A DNA stretch of 56,122 nt from a virus. Taxonomy: Duplodnaviria > Caudoviricetes. This document shows, piece after piece, positions 1 to 9,035 of the stretch. Both the position numbers and the translations under genes were made by a program. Position 1 is the stretch's first letter. Each line of letters begins with the position of its first letter. The stretch is taken from the IMG/VR virus record IMGVR_UViG_3300027763_001745, positions 1 to 56,122 of that record; one strand, written 5' to 3'. The notes under the pieces are model-generated. The model had not been told where the DNA came from and ran no database searches. It was given only the letters and a program-made list of their open reading frames with translations.

Positions 1-540
1 AAACAACCTATTAGAGAAATTGCCGAACGTTCGGGATCAAGCAAAAGATTATTGATACTAGGCAGTGGATTCCTTGCTTGGGTGGCATTTAATACTATTC
101 TTATTCATCATTTAGATTTTGAAATTACAGTAGTAGGTAATAGTAACAAAGAACTTTGGGGAGAAATACTACATCAGGAATATGAAGGTACATTTGATGT
201 AGTCATTGACTTGAGCAGTAAGACGGATGTTTTTGAGAAACCCATTCTAAATAATGAAGCATTGGTAGTGTTTGGTAGTCAAAAGAAAGTTACCACAGAC
301 TTTTCTAATCTACTTTGGAAAGCCTGTACTATGATTTTTCCCAGTCCAAGAACTGATGGTTTTTATCATTGCATGGCTGATGCAGCCTATTGGATTGAAC
401 AAGGCGACATCGTTGTTGACAGCTTCTGGACAAAAGCGTATAATAGAGACACAGAATGGCAACAAGCGTTTGCTGATGGATTAAACCGCCCTGCAGGTTA
501 TAGCAGAGGCTACATATATTGGAACAAAGATGGCAATTGA
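1..540 (+). CDS. Partial (5'-truncated) NAD(P)-binding dehydrogenase, probably the C-terminal half of a medium-chain (Zn-ADH/threonine dehydrogenase-like) enzyme
   Basis: Frame is open from base 1 (KQPIREIAERSGSSKRLLILGSGFLA), so the start lies upstream. Rossmann-like LILGSGFL and FDVVIDLS motifs. Confidence 0.55.
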   Translation, partial: KQPIREIAERSGSSKRLLILGSGFLAWVAFNTILIHHLDFEITVVGNSNKELWGEILHQEYEGTFDVVIDLSSKTDVFEKPILNNEALVVFGSQKKVTTDFSNLLWKACTMIFPSPRTDGFYHCMADAAYWIEQGDIVVDSFWTKAYNRDTEWQQAFADGLNRPAGYSRGYIYWNKDGN

Positions 541-1039
541 TACAATGGGCCGAAAGGCAACAACTTATTTTATTGGCACAGAAGTGGAACGTACTGCTAT
601 GTACGGAGAACGCACATTGTTTGTAGTAGGTGTTCAACCTGTGGATAAAATTGTTAGTCTACTTAATGAACATAACATTCGTCACGTCTATCTAGGCACT
701 AGTCAAAGTTTTACACCTGCAGACTATGACGACTGGAAAGCCTGGGATTATGTGATCATCGAATTGTTAGACGCAGGGTATTGGGTTACACTTGACTTTG
801 GTGTAGAGTATGCTGATACATTCAATGAAGAAGGCTGGTGTGAATATAATAACTTTATTCCAATGATCAGTGTTAAACTTCCACATATTAAACTTTATAA
901 TTACAATGCTACATTAAAGATTGATGACACTACTTGGGGTCATAGTAATCCAGGAGTATGGTGTCATAGTTTACACGATCTGATGGATAGGAAAGTATAT
1001 ACGGACTGGAAGGATTATGTTGGAGACGAGAATGTCTAA
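530..1039 (+). CDS. Hypothetical phage protein
   Basis: 169 aa ORF overlapping both neighbours; globular composition; no motif recognised. Confidence 0.75.
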   Translation: MAIDTMGRKATTYFIGTEVERTAMYGERTLFVVGVQPVDKIVSLLNEHNIRHVYLGTSQSFTPADYDDWKAWDYVIIELLDAGYWVTLDFGVEYADTFNEEGWCEYNNFIPMISVKLPHIKLYNYNATLKIDDTTWGHSNPGVWCHSLHDLMDRKVYTDWKDYVGDENV

Positions 1040-2132
1040 AATTTTTCTAGTTGATTTAGAAGCAGTTAGCACTCGCTATACTGGACAGTGGAAAGAACAT
1101 GTTCCACAATTACTTAAAGAGGCAGGTCATGAAGTCATCGTTATATCGGGTCCTAGCGATATTCCTAGCGCCACTACTCCTGGTGCATTTCTTAATTTTG
1201 GGGGCACTAATATCTATAAGGCAGACCAAGTTGCACAGCTTGGAAGACTTTTTTGTTCAGGATCCATCAAGGCTGGCGATCATTTTATCTTTACTGATGC
1301 TTGGCATCCAGGTATCATTAACCTAAAATACATGAGCGAACTACTGGGTATTCCAATTGTCACACATGGCTTATGGCATGCTGGTAGTTATGATCCTCAA
1401 GACTTTTTAGGACGTTTAGTTGGCAACAAACCGTGGGTACGAAGTGCAGAAAAAAGTTTCTTCTCTGCATTTGATCATAATTACTTTGCCACTGACTTTC
1501 ACATTAAGATGTTTTATAATAATCTATTAAACGATTATCCCACAGAAAATCCTTGGTACGAAGAGGAACTTGACGACATACTCACAGGCGAGTATCCCAA
1601 TATTGTACGCACAGGTTGGCCCATGGAATATATGGAGGATACACTTGCCCCATACAAAGGCATGCCAAAAGAAAATCTTATTTTATTCCCACATCGTATT
1701 GCTCCAGAAAAACAAGTAGAGATTTTTAGAGACTTGGCTAAACATTTAAAGCAATATAAATTTGTTGTTTGCCAAGATCAAAATCTAACTAAAGATGAAT
1801 ATCACTCATTGTTGAGTCGTGCCAAACTAGTGTTCAGTGCTAATTTACAAGAAACACTGGGCATTAGTTGTTATGAGGGTGCAGTGGTAGATGCTGTTCC
1901 TATGGTTCCAGATAGACTTAGTTACAGTGAAATGTATTACGACTTGTTTAAGTATCCCAGCAAGTGGACTGAAAGTTATCAAATGTATGAAGTATATCGA
2001 CCTGATCTGTGTCGTGCTATTATGACACACATGGATTACTATAGTACTCGATTACCACAACTTAAAAAACAGACAGAAGATCTTACCAAGAACTTCTTTA
2101 GCGCCAGTGATATGTTAAGGAATATTAAATGA
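1032..2132 (+). CDS. GT-B fold glycosyltransferase (GT4/Glycos_transf_1-like)
   Basis: ATG at 1032 after GGAG. FPHRIAPEK and ETLGISCYEG match the GT4 R..K and E-x7-E signatures. Confidence 0.75.
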   Translation: MSKIFLVDLEAVSTRYTGQWKEHVPQLLKEAGHEVIVISGPSDIPSATTPGAFLNFGGTNIYKADQVAQLGRLFCSGSIKAGDHFIFTDAWHPGIINLKYMSELLGIPIVTHGLWHAGSYDPQDFLGRLVGNKPWVRSAEKSFFSAFDHNYFATDFHIKMFYNNLLNDYPTENPWYEEELDDILTGEYPNIVRTGWPMEYMEDTLAPYKGMPKENLILFPHRIAPEKQVEIFRDLAKHLKQYKFVVCQDQNLTKDEYHSLLSRAKLVFSANLQETLGISCYEGAVVDAVPMVPDRLSYSEMYYDLFKYPSKWTESYQMYEVYRPDLCRAIMTHMDYYSTRLPQLKKQTEDLTKNFFSASDMLRNIK

Positions 2133-2461
2133 TCAAAATACAAAGTTATGGTCCTGTACCTAGTTGGTATCAAATAGATAATAGTTTTCAGCTGCCAAGT
2201 ATAACAGGAGCTGTTCAATGGAACGGTGCTACTAAAAATTTCGAAGTCAGTAACGGTGGTGGATGGATACGTATTGATAATAATGTACAAGTACAGCATA
2301 GTGCAGATTTGCAAAAAATTATTGCGTGGGCAAATATAAAAATGGCCGAAGAAGAAAAAATGCAGAACTTGCGTAGTAAATATCCGGCACTAGACGAAGC
2401 ATATAATCATTTGGAATTAATCAAGACATTAGTTACCGCGGAACCTGAAAAAACTGTTTAA
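2129..2461 (+). CDS. Hypothetical protein
   Basis: ATGA-coupled ORF, 110 aa. Confidence 0.75.
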   Translation: MIKIQSYGPVPSWYQIDNSFQLPSITGAVQWNGATKNFEVSNGGGWIRIDNNVQVQHSADLQKIIAWANIKMAEEEKMQNLRSKYPALDEAYNHLELIKTLVTAEPEKTV

Positions 2462-2470
2462 GGAATTAAA

Positions 2471-3271
2471 ATGAAAATTGGTATTATAGGACATGGATTT
2501 GTTGGCAGAGCTATTGCCAATGCACACAATCAAGAAGATTTGTTAATCAACGATCCAAAGTTATTTGAAAGTGCCGACATTGAAGAAATCAAAAATAACA
2601 CAGACTGGATATATGTTGCAGTACCCACTCCAATGTCAGACTCTGGGGAAATGGACACTGGCATATTAGACTCTGTATTAGACAGTTTAATTGATTATAA
2701 AGGGCTAGTTATTTCTAAATGTACTGCACTTCCCAGCTACTACATTGCTGCCAAAAAACATTATAATTTTAGATTGATACATGTACCTGAGTTTTTAACC
2801 GCGGCCAACGCCAACAAGGATTATATGTCTCCTGATATGATTGTCATGGGAGGAGATCTCAGTGACTGTGAATATTACAAAGATGTTGTAGTACAAGCAG
2901 ATAAAACAAATACCATGGCCACTAAATTCATAGTCGCAGATATTGGCACTGCCAGTGCTATGAAATATTATGCCAATAGTTTTTTAGCAACCAAAGTTGT
3001 ATTCAACAATCAATTTGCGGCTTGGTGTACTATGCAGGGCATTAATTGGAATAACTTATCTGCTATTAATAAATTAGATAAGAGATTGGGTAATACACAT
3101 TGGGATGTTCCTGGACCAGATGGTATGTTTGGCTATGGCGGATATTGTTTCCCCAAAGATGTCAGTGCGTTAACACACAGTGAACACAACGAATGTTTAT
3201 CTTTATTGAAACATCAGTTTGAAGTAAACAGTGAAATTAGGCAGTCGAAATCGTTGACTAAACCTAAATAA
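2471..3271 (+). CDS. UDP-glucose/GDP-mannose dehydrogenase family, short form lacking the C-terminal domain
   Basis: IGIIGHGFVG Rossmann motif, VAVPTP, PEFL, catalytic GYGGYCFPKD; AAGGA SD. Confidence 0.85.
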   Translation: MKIGIIGHGFVGRAIANAHNQEDLLINDPKLFESADIEEIKNNTDWIYVAVPTPMSDSGEMDTGILDSVLDSLIDYKGLVISKCTALPSYYIAAKKHYNFRLIHVPEFLTAANANKDYMSPDMIVMGGDLSDCEYYKDVVVQADKTNTMATKFIVADIGTASAMKYYANSFLATKVVFNNQFAAWCTMQGINWNNLSAINKLDKRLGNTHWDVPGPDGMFGYGGYCFPKDVSALTHSEHNECLSLLKHQFEVNSEIRQSKSLTKPK

Positions 3272-3282
3272 TACTGTATAAT
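3254..3282 (+). promoter_or_regulatory. sigma70-type promoter for folE
   Basis: TTGACT (3254-3259), 17 bp spacer, TATAAT (3277-3282); the spacer also contains TAAATA. Confidence 0.8.
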
Positions 3283-3292
3283 AATACAATAT

Positions 3293-3319
3293 GGCAACAC
3301 CCTCTGCCTTAACATAGGA
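3293..3319 (+). promoter_or_regulatory. Candidate structured 5' leader (small hairpin/pseudoknot with SD) upstream of folE
   Basis: GGCA-ACACCCTC-TGCC stem-loop followed by TTAACATAGGA; loop CCT is complementary to SD AGG. Confidence 0.3.
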
Positions 3320-3328
3320 AAAATTATA

Positions 3329-4159
3329 ATGATATCAACATTTAAAAAAGACGAAACTGTTCATGGAACAGCCTTTACATTTGAAAAAGACGAGATTGCA
3401 GACTCTACAGAAATTAAAAACATAATGGCTGGCGCTGAACAGCAAGGTGATGACGACAAAGGCTATAAAGAAGCATACTTGGGAGATCATCTTCGATTTA
3501 AAATGAAACGTGAGAACAAACGTTTTTGGGCAGGCGATAATATCAGTGAATACGTTACTGAAGAAAATAAAGAGCAACTCATCGACGAAGCCGCAGAGGC
3601 ATTTGAACTAGTACTGGATCGGTTGCTGATTGACAGAGAGAATGATCCAAATAGCAAAGGTACTGCAAGACGACTTGCTAAAATGTACTTTAATGAAATA
3701 ATGGCAGGTAGATATGAACAAGCACCAGACGCAACAGCGTTCCCAAATGATTCGGCGGACCGTTATGAAGGTATGCTTGTTGTACGTAGTGAACTGCGCT
3801 CTATGTGCAGTCATCATCACCAACCCGTTGCTGGCGTGGCTTATATTGGTATTATTGCTGCCAATAAACTTATTGGTTTATCTAAGTATACCCGAATCGC
3901 ACAGTGGTGTGCAAGACGAGGTACTCTCCAGGAGGAACTTTGTAACGACATTGCCCGAGAGATTAGTAAAGCTACTGATTCGGAAAACGTAGCAGTGTAT
4001 ATTCAAGCAGTACATGGTTGTTGTGAAAATCGTGGCATCATGGCACATAGCAGTTTAACGCAGACAACAGTATTGGCTGGCTCATTTAAAACTGATCCTG
4101 GCGCAAAGAAAGAATTCTTTGATAATATTAAACTACAACAGGAATTTGCACCACGATGA
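3329..4159 (+). CDS. folE: GTP cyclohydrolase I, with N-terminal extension
   Basis: SMCSHHHQP, IGLSKYTRI, LQEEL and HGCCENRG motifs. Confidence 0.95.
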   Translation: MISTFKKDETVHGTAFTFEKDEIADSTEIKNIMAGAEQQGDDDKGYKEAYLGDHLRFKMKRENKRFWAGDNISEYVTEENKEQLIDEAAEAFELVLDRLLIDRENDPNSKGTARRLAKMYFNEIMAGRYEQAPDATAFPNDSADRYEGMLVVRSELRSMCSHHHQPVAGVAYIGIIAANKLIGLSKYTRIAQWCARRGTLQEELCNDIAREISKATDSENVAVYIQAVHGCCENRGIMAHSSLTQTTVLAGSFKTDPGAKKEFFDNIKLQQEFAPR

Positions 4160-4356
4160 AAGATCCTAAAATAGAAAAACTAGTCAAAGAATTACATTCT
4201 TCTGTGGCCAGTGTAAATGTAATAATGGAAAAATTACAAAATCTTAATGTAGATGTTAAAATCTCATACATCGATCCAAAATCTTCTGAACTTAATAATA
4301 GTGGAGTTCAAAGTATTAAAGTTTGGCGAGTAGAAGAACGTAATGACTACCTCTAA
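4156..4356 (+). CDS. Hypothetical protein
   Basis: ATGA-coupled to folE, 66 aa. Confidence 0.7.
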   Translation: MKDPKIEKLVKELHSSVASVNVIMEKLQNLNVDVKISYIDPKSSELNNSGVQSIKVWRVEERNDYL

Positions 4357-4720
4357 TTCTGCGCCAGGATACGGAGCTATACCGCCAAACGTGGGTGCCG
4401 CACAGGTTCTAACTTCTAATGGTATGAATGGTAGTAGTTGGATGAGTCAAGGCATAACAACGGCACAGACTAGTGCTATTCAAATTGGTAATCCTAATCC
4501 TGTTATTACATTTAAATTGGATGGTGATATCGTTACTAAGGCAGGAACGATTACAGCAGAAGACTGGATATCTGTTATTAAACTTATGAAAAGGTTGATC
4601 ATGGATATGAGCGAAGATCGGGAATTAGTATCTAAATATCCGTATATACAAGATGCGGCGCACTCTTGGTTTATGAATGAACTTAAAGGAAAAGACAATG
4701 GCGACAAAGAAGAAACCTAA
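4343..4720 (+). CDS. Hypothetical protein
   Basis: Overlapping operon ORF, 125 aa. Confidence 0.7.
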   Translation: MTTSNSAPGYGAIPPNVGAAQVLTSNGMNGSSWMSQGITTAQTSAIQIGNPNPVITFKLDGDIVTKAGTITAEDWISVIKLMKRLIMDMSEDRELVSKYPYIQDAAHSWFMNELKGKDNGDKEET

Positions 4721-4961
4721 AGAAGACAGCATTACATTAGAAATGCCCGGAACTATTGGTAGTGCAAAAATAGTATTTGCAGAACCCACAGTGGTTAAAG
4801 GTAGTCACTTAACTGTTACTACATACCCCGATGGTAAGACTACATTGGAATGGGACGACGAAGCATTGCTCAATGATGTTCGTCGAGCACTACTAAAAGC
4901 AGAAAGCAATATTCCTGCTACAATAGAAACTAAACCGAAACGTGCTAAAAAAGTAAAATAA
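4698..4961 (+). CDS. Hypothetical protein with basic termini
   Basis: ATG at 4698 after AAGGA (MATKKKPK...KPKRAKKVK). Confidence 0.7.
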   Translation: MATKKKPKEDSITLEMPGTIGSAKIVFAEPTVVKGSHLTVTTYPDGKTTLEWDDEALLNDVRRALLKAESNIPATIETKPKRAKKVK

Positions 4962-4962
4962 A

Positions 4963-5214
4963 ATGCCCGGGGTAAAAAATCAGCAGTTGATATTTCTCAA
5001 TTTTTGGGAACGTAAACAACTTGAATATTGGCTAGCTGATAACTTTTCGGATTGCACTATTCGAAATATATATGACACTTGGAGTTCTCCGGAAGAACAA
5101 GAGTGGTATGCCATAGAAGGTAATATAACACTTGACATGGAGTGCCTTTTGAAGTTAAAATATGGTAATAGATTAAAAGACTCTAATGCAGGAATAAGAC
5201 ATGGACAAAATTAA
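4963..5214 (+). CDS. Hypothetical protein
   Basis: 83 aa ORF packed between its neighbours. Confidence 0.65.
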   Translation: MPGVKNQQLIFLNFWERKQLEYWLADNFSDCTIRNIYDTWSSPEEQEWYAIEGNITLDMECLLKLKYGNRLKDSNAGIRHGQN

Positions 5215-6061
5215 AGTAAGTGAAATTTTTTATAGCGCACAAGGTGAAGGTCGTTTTATTGGTGTGCCTAGTGTGTTCTTCCGCACATTCGGATGTAATT
5301 TCAAATGTGCAGGCTTTGGTTTGCCTACAGGAATAAAGACCACTGAACCAGATGATATAGGTGCAAAAGTTCACTTGTATAAATCCTTTATGGATTTGCC
5401 ACTGGCACAAACAGGCTGTGACAGTTATGCAAGTTGGCATCCTGCATTTAAACATCTAAGTCCTTACTACAGCATTGATGAGGCTATTGATGAGATGTTA
5501 AAACTAACACCTAATCATGCGTGGAAGCAAGACAATGGCAATGACGTACATCTTGTTATCACAGGTGGTGAACCTTTGCTGGGTTGGCAACAACTATATC
5601 CAGACTTGCTCAGTGAAAACAAAATGCGTGATTTAGAAAATCTTACATTTGAAACTAATGGTACTCAACATTTACACGAAGACTTTAAACGATTCTTAAC
5701 CAATGACTATCATCTACGTAAAGATCAAATTACATTTAGTGTGAGCCCAAAGCTAAGTGCCAGTGGCGAGTCATGGAAGGATGCAATTTGTCCAGAAGTA
5801 GTTGTAGAATATCAAACACGTGGTTTTACTTATTTGAAGTTTGTTGTAGATAAGTTAGAAGACTTCAAAGAAGTAGATGCAGCCACAGCAGAGTATAGGG
5901 AAGCAGGCTTTAAAGGTCCAGTGTTTGTTATGCCAGTGGGCGGCACAGATGCCGCTTACTTTGCCAACAGTAAACATATTGCAGATATTGCATTAGAACG
6001 AGGCTATAGGTATAGCCCGCGACTACATGTTGATATTTGGAGTAATGGTTGGGGAAAATAA
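5201..6061 (+). CDS. queE: 7-carboxy-7-deazaguanine synthase (radical SAM), expanded Cys motif
   Basis: SEIFYSAQGEG, RTFGCNFKC...GCDS, ITGGEP, ETNGT, VSPKL, SPRLH; near folE. Confidence 0.9.
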   Translation: MDKIKVSEIFYSAQGEGRFIGVPSVFFRTFGCNFKCAGFGLPTGIKTTEPDDIGAKVHLYKSFMDLPLAQTGCDSYASWHPAFKHLSPYYSIDEAIDEMLKLTPNHAWKQDNGNDVHLVITGGEPLLGWQQLYPDLLSENKMRDLENLTFETNGTQHLHEDFKRFLTNDYHLRKDQITFSVSPKLSASGESWKDAICPEVVVEYQTRGFTYLKFVVDKLEDFKEVDAATAEYREAGFKGPVFVMPVGGTDAAYFANSKHIADIALERGYRYSPRLHVDIWSNGWGK

Positions 6062-6402
6062 TGAAAGCACAAACACCTGCTCGAAGTATTATGTCCAATG
6101 GAGACTTTGGCGATAGTAAGGCATATACAATTTCCTGCGAATGTCATGACAACAATCACGATGTTCATATGTGGATAGAGATAAATGGAGATGAGGATGT
6201 AAAAGATGTTGAAATGATATTCTATGTTAATACAACTTCACCTATTTGGAAACAAGGCTTTAATCGTTTTAAAGTCGCTTGGGATGTATTAGTTAATGGT
6301 TATCATGAAAGTCAGCACACTTTGCTTTTGAACAAGCAAGGAGCAATGAATGTTGCCAATACTATTACCAAAGTAGTAAAAGAATTAGAAGGAAAAAAAT
6401 GA
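6061..6402 (+). CDS. Hypothetical protein (CEC..H motif)
   Basis: TAATG-coupled start at 6061. Confidence 0.7.
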   Translation: MKAQTPARSIMSNGDFGDSKAYTISCECHDNNHDVHMWIEINGDEDVKDVEMIFYVNTTSPIWKQGFNRFKVAWDVLVNGYHESQHTLLLNKQGAMNVANTITKVVKELEGKK

Positions 6403-7493
6403 GTTATTTATTTACAAGTGAAAGCGTGTCAGAAGGACATCCAGATAAAGTAGCAGATGCTATCAGTGATGCAGTATTAGATCTAGTCATGGCCAAAGAA
6501 GATTCAAGTCTTCGATGTGCCTGTGAAACATTAGTCACAACTAATAGAGTAATTGTTGCTGGAGAATACAAAGGAATTCTAAATAAATTAGAAGTAGAAG
6601 GTGCTATCCGTAATGTTATTAGAAAAATTGGTTATGAACAAGCTGGTTTTGATTGGCGTAGTGTAGAAATTACAAACTTGTTGCACGGTCAAAGTGCAGA
6701 CATTGCACTAGGTACAGATAACTTCGGCGCAGGTGATCAAGGCTTAATGTTTGGTTATGCTTGTCGAGAAACTGATAATTATATGCCAAATGCAATTTAT
6801 TGGAGTCATCGAATTGTTGAAGGATTGGCTACATCACGTAAAAATGGTGACTTAAAATTCTTAGGTCCAGATGCCAAGAGTCAAGTTACATTTGAATATA
6901 ACGATGACAGTACACCTAAACGTATTTCCAAAGTAGTTTGCAGTACTCAACACGGTGAAGATGTTAATATTGAAACTGTACGTAATGTTATAGAAGCATT
7001 TATTAGAAATATTTTACCAAGAAAGTTTGTAGACAATGGCACTGAGTTTTTTATTAATCCTACTGGCCGCTTTGTTATCGGCGGCCCTGACGGTGATACT
7101 GGTCTTACTGGAAGAAAAATTATCGTTGATACCTACGGCGGTTATAGCCCTCATGGTGGTGGTGCTTTCTCAGGGAAAGATCCCACAAAGGTAGATCGTA
7201 GTGCTGCCTATTTGACACGTTGGATTGCTAAAAATATCGTAGCTAGCGGACATGCCGATTGGGCTAATGTACAAATCAGCTATGCTATTGGATTGGCACA
7301 ACCAATGAGCTTTTACATTGAAAGCAATGGTGATAGTAGAAAGTTAACAAAGACTATTGAAGATTTAGTAGACTTGACACCAAAAGGTATTATCGAAAGG
7401 TTCGAACTATTCCGACCTATTTATAGTAGTACTACTAACTATGGACACTTTGGTAAAGACTATTTGCCATGGGAAAAAATTGATTTATTTTAA
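6399..7493 (+). CDS. metK: S-adenosylmethionine synthetase
   Basis: FTSESVSEGHPDK, GAGDQG, GLTGRKIIVDTYGG, GGGAFSGKDPTKVDRS. Confidence 0.98.
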   Translation: MSYLFTSESVSEGHPDKVADAISDAVLDLVMAKEDSSLRCACETLVTTNRVIVAGEYKGILNKLEVEGAIRNVIRKIGYEQAGFDWRSVEITNLLHGQSADIALGTDNFGAGDQGLMFGYACRETDNYMPNAIYWSHRIVEGLATSRKNGDLKFLGPDAKSQVTFEYNDDSTPKRISKVVCSTQHGEDVNIETVRNVIEAFIRNILPRKFVDNGTEFFINPTGRFVIGGPDGDTGLTGRKIIVDTYGGYSPHGGGAFSGKDPTKVDRSAAYLTRWIAKNIVASGHADWANVQISYAIGLAQPMSFYIESNGDSRKLTKTIEDLVDLTPKGIIERFELFRPIYSSTTNYGHFGKDYLPWEKIDLF

Positions 7494-7496
7494 ACT

Positions 7497-7808
7497 ATGC
7501 TAAACAAACTAAAAAATTTATTTGGCAAAAAGCCAGAAGCCACAGGCAAAGAAGGTAGCGAGCCTTGGGTCAATGTAGTTAACACTAATTTTGATGGAGA
7601 AAATCCAAATCAAGGCTTTATGGAATTAGAATGGAATAAACCATTTATTGAGTTTCTACGTAAGCATAATTACACCGGTGCTACAGATGAAGAAGTAGTT
7701 GATAAATGGTTTACTGATTTGTGTAAGAATATTGGCGGACAAATGGAAGAAGAAGCCAAATTTGTTGCCGATGCTGACAAGTTACCAAAACGTCGAAAGA
7801 AGTCTTGA
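7497..7808 (+). CDS. Hypothetical phage protein
   Basis: 103 aa ORF starting 3 nt after the metK stop. Confidence 0.75.
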   Translation: MLNKLKNLFGKKPEATGKEGSEPWVNVVNTNFDGENPNQGFMELEWNKPFIEFLRKHNYTGATDEEVVDKWFTDLCKNIGGQMEEEAKFVADADKLPKRRKKS

Positions 7809-7832
7809 CTTTAATTGATAATCGTGTATAAT
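7805..7832 (+). promoter_or_regulatory. sigma70-type promoter, probably producing a leaderless mRNA
   Basis: TTGACT, 16 bp spacer, TATAAT; ATG at 7838 with no SD. Confidence 0.7.
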
Positions 7833-7837
7833 AACGT

Positions 7838-8053
7838 ATGTCAACAAAATTAAATTGGAATTTTGAAGTTAAATGGGTAGGTGATACCCATATATTGTTA
7901 GTTCTATCAAGAACTGACAATGAAGACATTAAAAATGAAATGCTAATGACAGTTAAAGAGTATGCTGAATTCATGGGCTTATGCCAAGAATTCAACATGC
8001 ATTTTAAAGATAAAATTGATGACCAACTTATACAAGATTATTTAAATGGCTAA
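7838..8053 (+). CDS. Hypothetical protein
   Basis: 71 aa ORF immediately after the promoter. Confidence 0.7.
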   Translation: MSTKLNWNFEVKWVGDTHILLVLSRTDNEDIKNEMLMTVKEYAEFMGLCQEFNMHFKDKIDDQLIQDYLNG

Positions 8054-9035
8054 ACAATACATCCTAGTAGATGCCGCTAACATGTTCTTCCGTGCTCGTC
8101 ACGTTGTTAGAGGAGAAGATGCAGAAACCAAAGTAGGCATGTCTTACCATATTATGTTTAACAGCATTAATAAGGTATGGCGTGACTTTAAAGGCAGTCA
8201 TGTTGTCATCTGCCTCGAAGGTCGTAGCTGGCGCAAAGATGTGGACACTAGTTACAAAGCCAATCGTACTGCGGCTCGCATGGCATTGGATCCTAAGGAA
8301 GCTGAGGAAGAAAAACTTTTTTGGCAGGCCTTTGACGAGCTTAAAGATTATCTTTCGTCAAAATCTAACTGTACAATATTACAACATCCAAGATGTGAAG
8401 CCGACGATTTCATTGCTCGTTGGATTCAAAATCATCCAGAAGATCAACATGTCATTGTCAGCAGTGACAGTGACTTTTTTCAGTTGCTTGCACCAAACGT
8501 TCGTCAATTCAATGGCATTAATAAACAACTTACCACCATTGAAGGCATATTTGATGAAAAAGGTCGCAGAGTAAAAGATAAAAAAACTAAAGAAGATTTG
8601 CCTCCGCCTGATCCACAGTGGTTGCTTTTTGAAAAATGTATGCGTGGCGACAGCAGTGACAATGTCTTTAGTGCTTTTCCAGGTGTGCGCGAAAAAGGCA
8701 CAAAGAATAAAGTTGGTTTGAGAGAAGCATTTGCTGACAGAGAAACCAAGGGACTAAATTGGAATATGATGATGCTTCAGCGTTGGGTAGACCACAACGA
8801 AGTCGAACACAGAGTTCGTGATAGATATTTGCATAATAAAATGCTAATAGACTTGACAGAACAGCCAGAAGATATTAAACTAGCGTTAGATACAACAATT
8901 AACGAAGCCGTTAATAAAGATAGAGTGCAGTCAGTGGGACTACACTTTGTTAAATTTTGTAGCAAATGGAATCTTGTCGCTATCGCAGATAAAATGACAG
9001 ATCATGGCGAATACCTCGGAGCAACATATAAATGA
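8046..9035 (+). CDS. rnh: T4 RNase H-like 5'-3' exonuclease (PIN/FEN fold)
   Basis: ILVDAAN, SWRK..YKANR, EADDFIA, SSDSDF.QL, RGDSSDNV acidic active-site motifs. Confidence 0.9.
   Translation: MAKQYILVDAANMFFRARHVVRGEDAETKVGMSYHIMFNSINKVWRDFKGSHVVICLEGRSWRKDVDTSYKANRTAARMALDPKEAEEEKLFWQAFDELKDYLSSKSNCTILQHPRCEADDFIARWIQNHPEDQHVIVSSDSDFFQLLAPNVRQFNGINKQLTTIEGIFDEKGRRVKDKKTKEDLPPPDPQWLLFEKCMRGDSSDNVFSAFPGVREKGTKNKVGLREAFADRETKGLNWNMMMLQRWVDHNEVEHRVRDRYLHNKMLIDLTEQPEDIKLALDTTINEAVNKDRVQSVGLHFVKFCSKWNLVAIADKMTDHGEYLGATYK

Noticed and set aside
3296-3305. Exact canonical preQ1-I riboswitch (ACACCCTCT resembles the B. subtilis aptamer 3' stem)
   Set aside because: The complementary AGAGG 5' arm is absent; kept only as a low-confidence novel leader.
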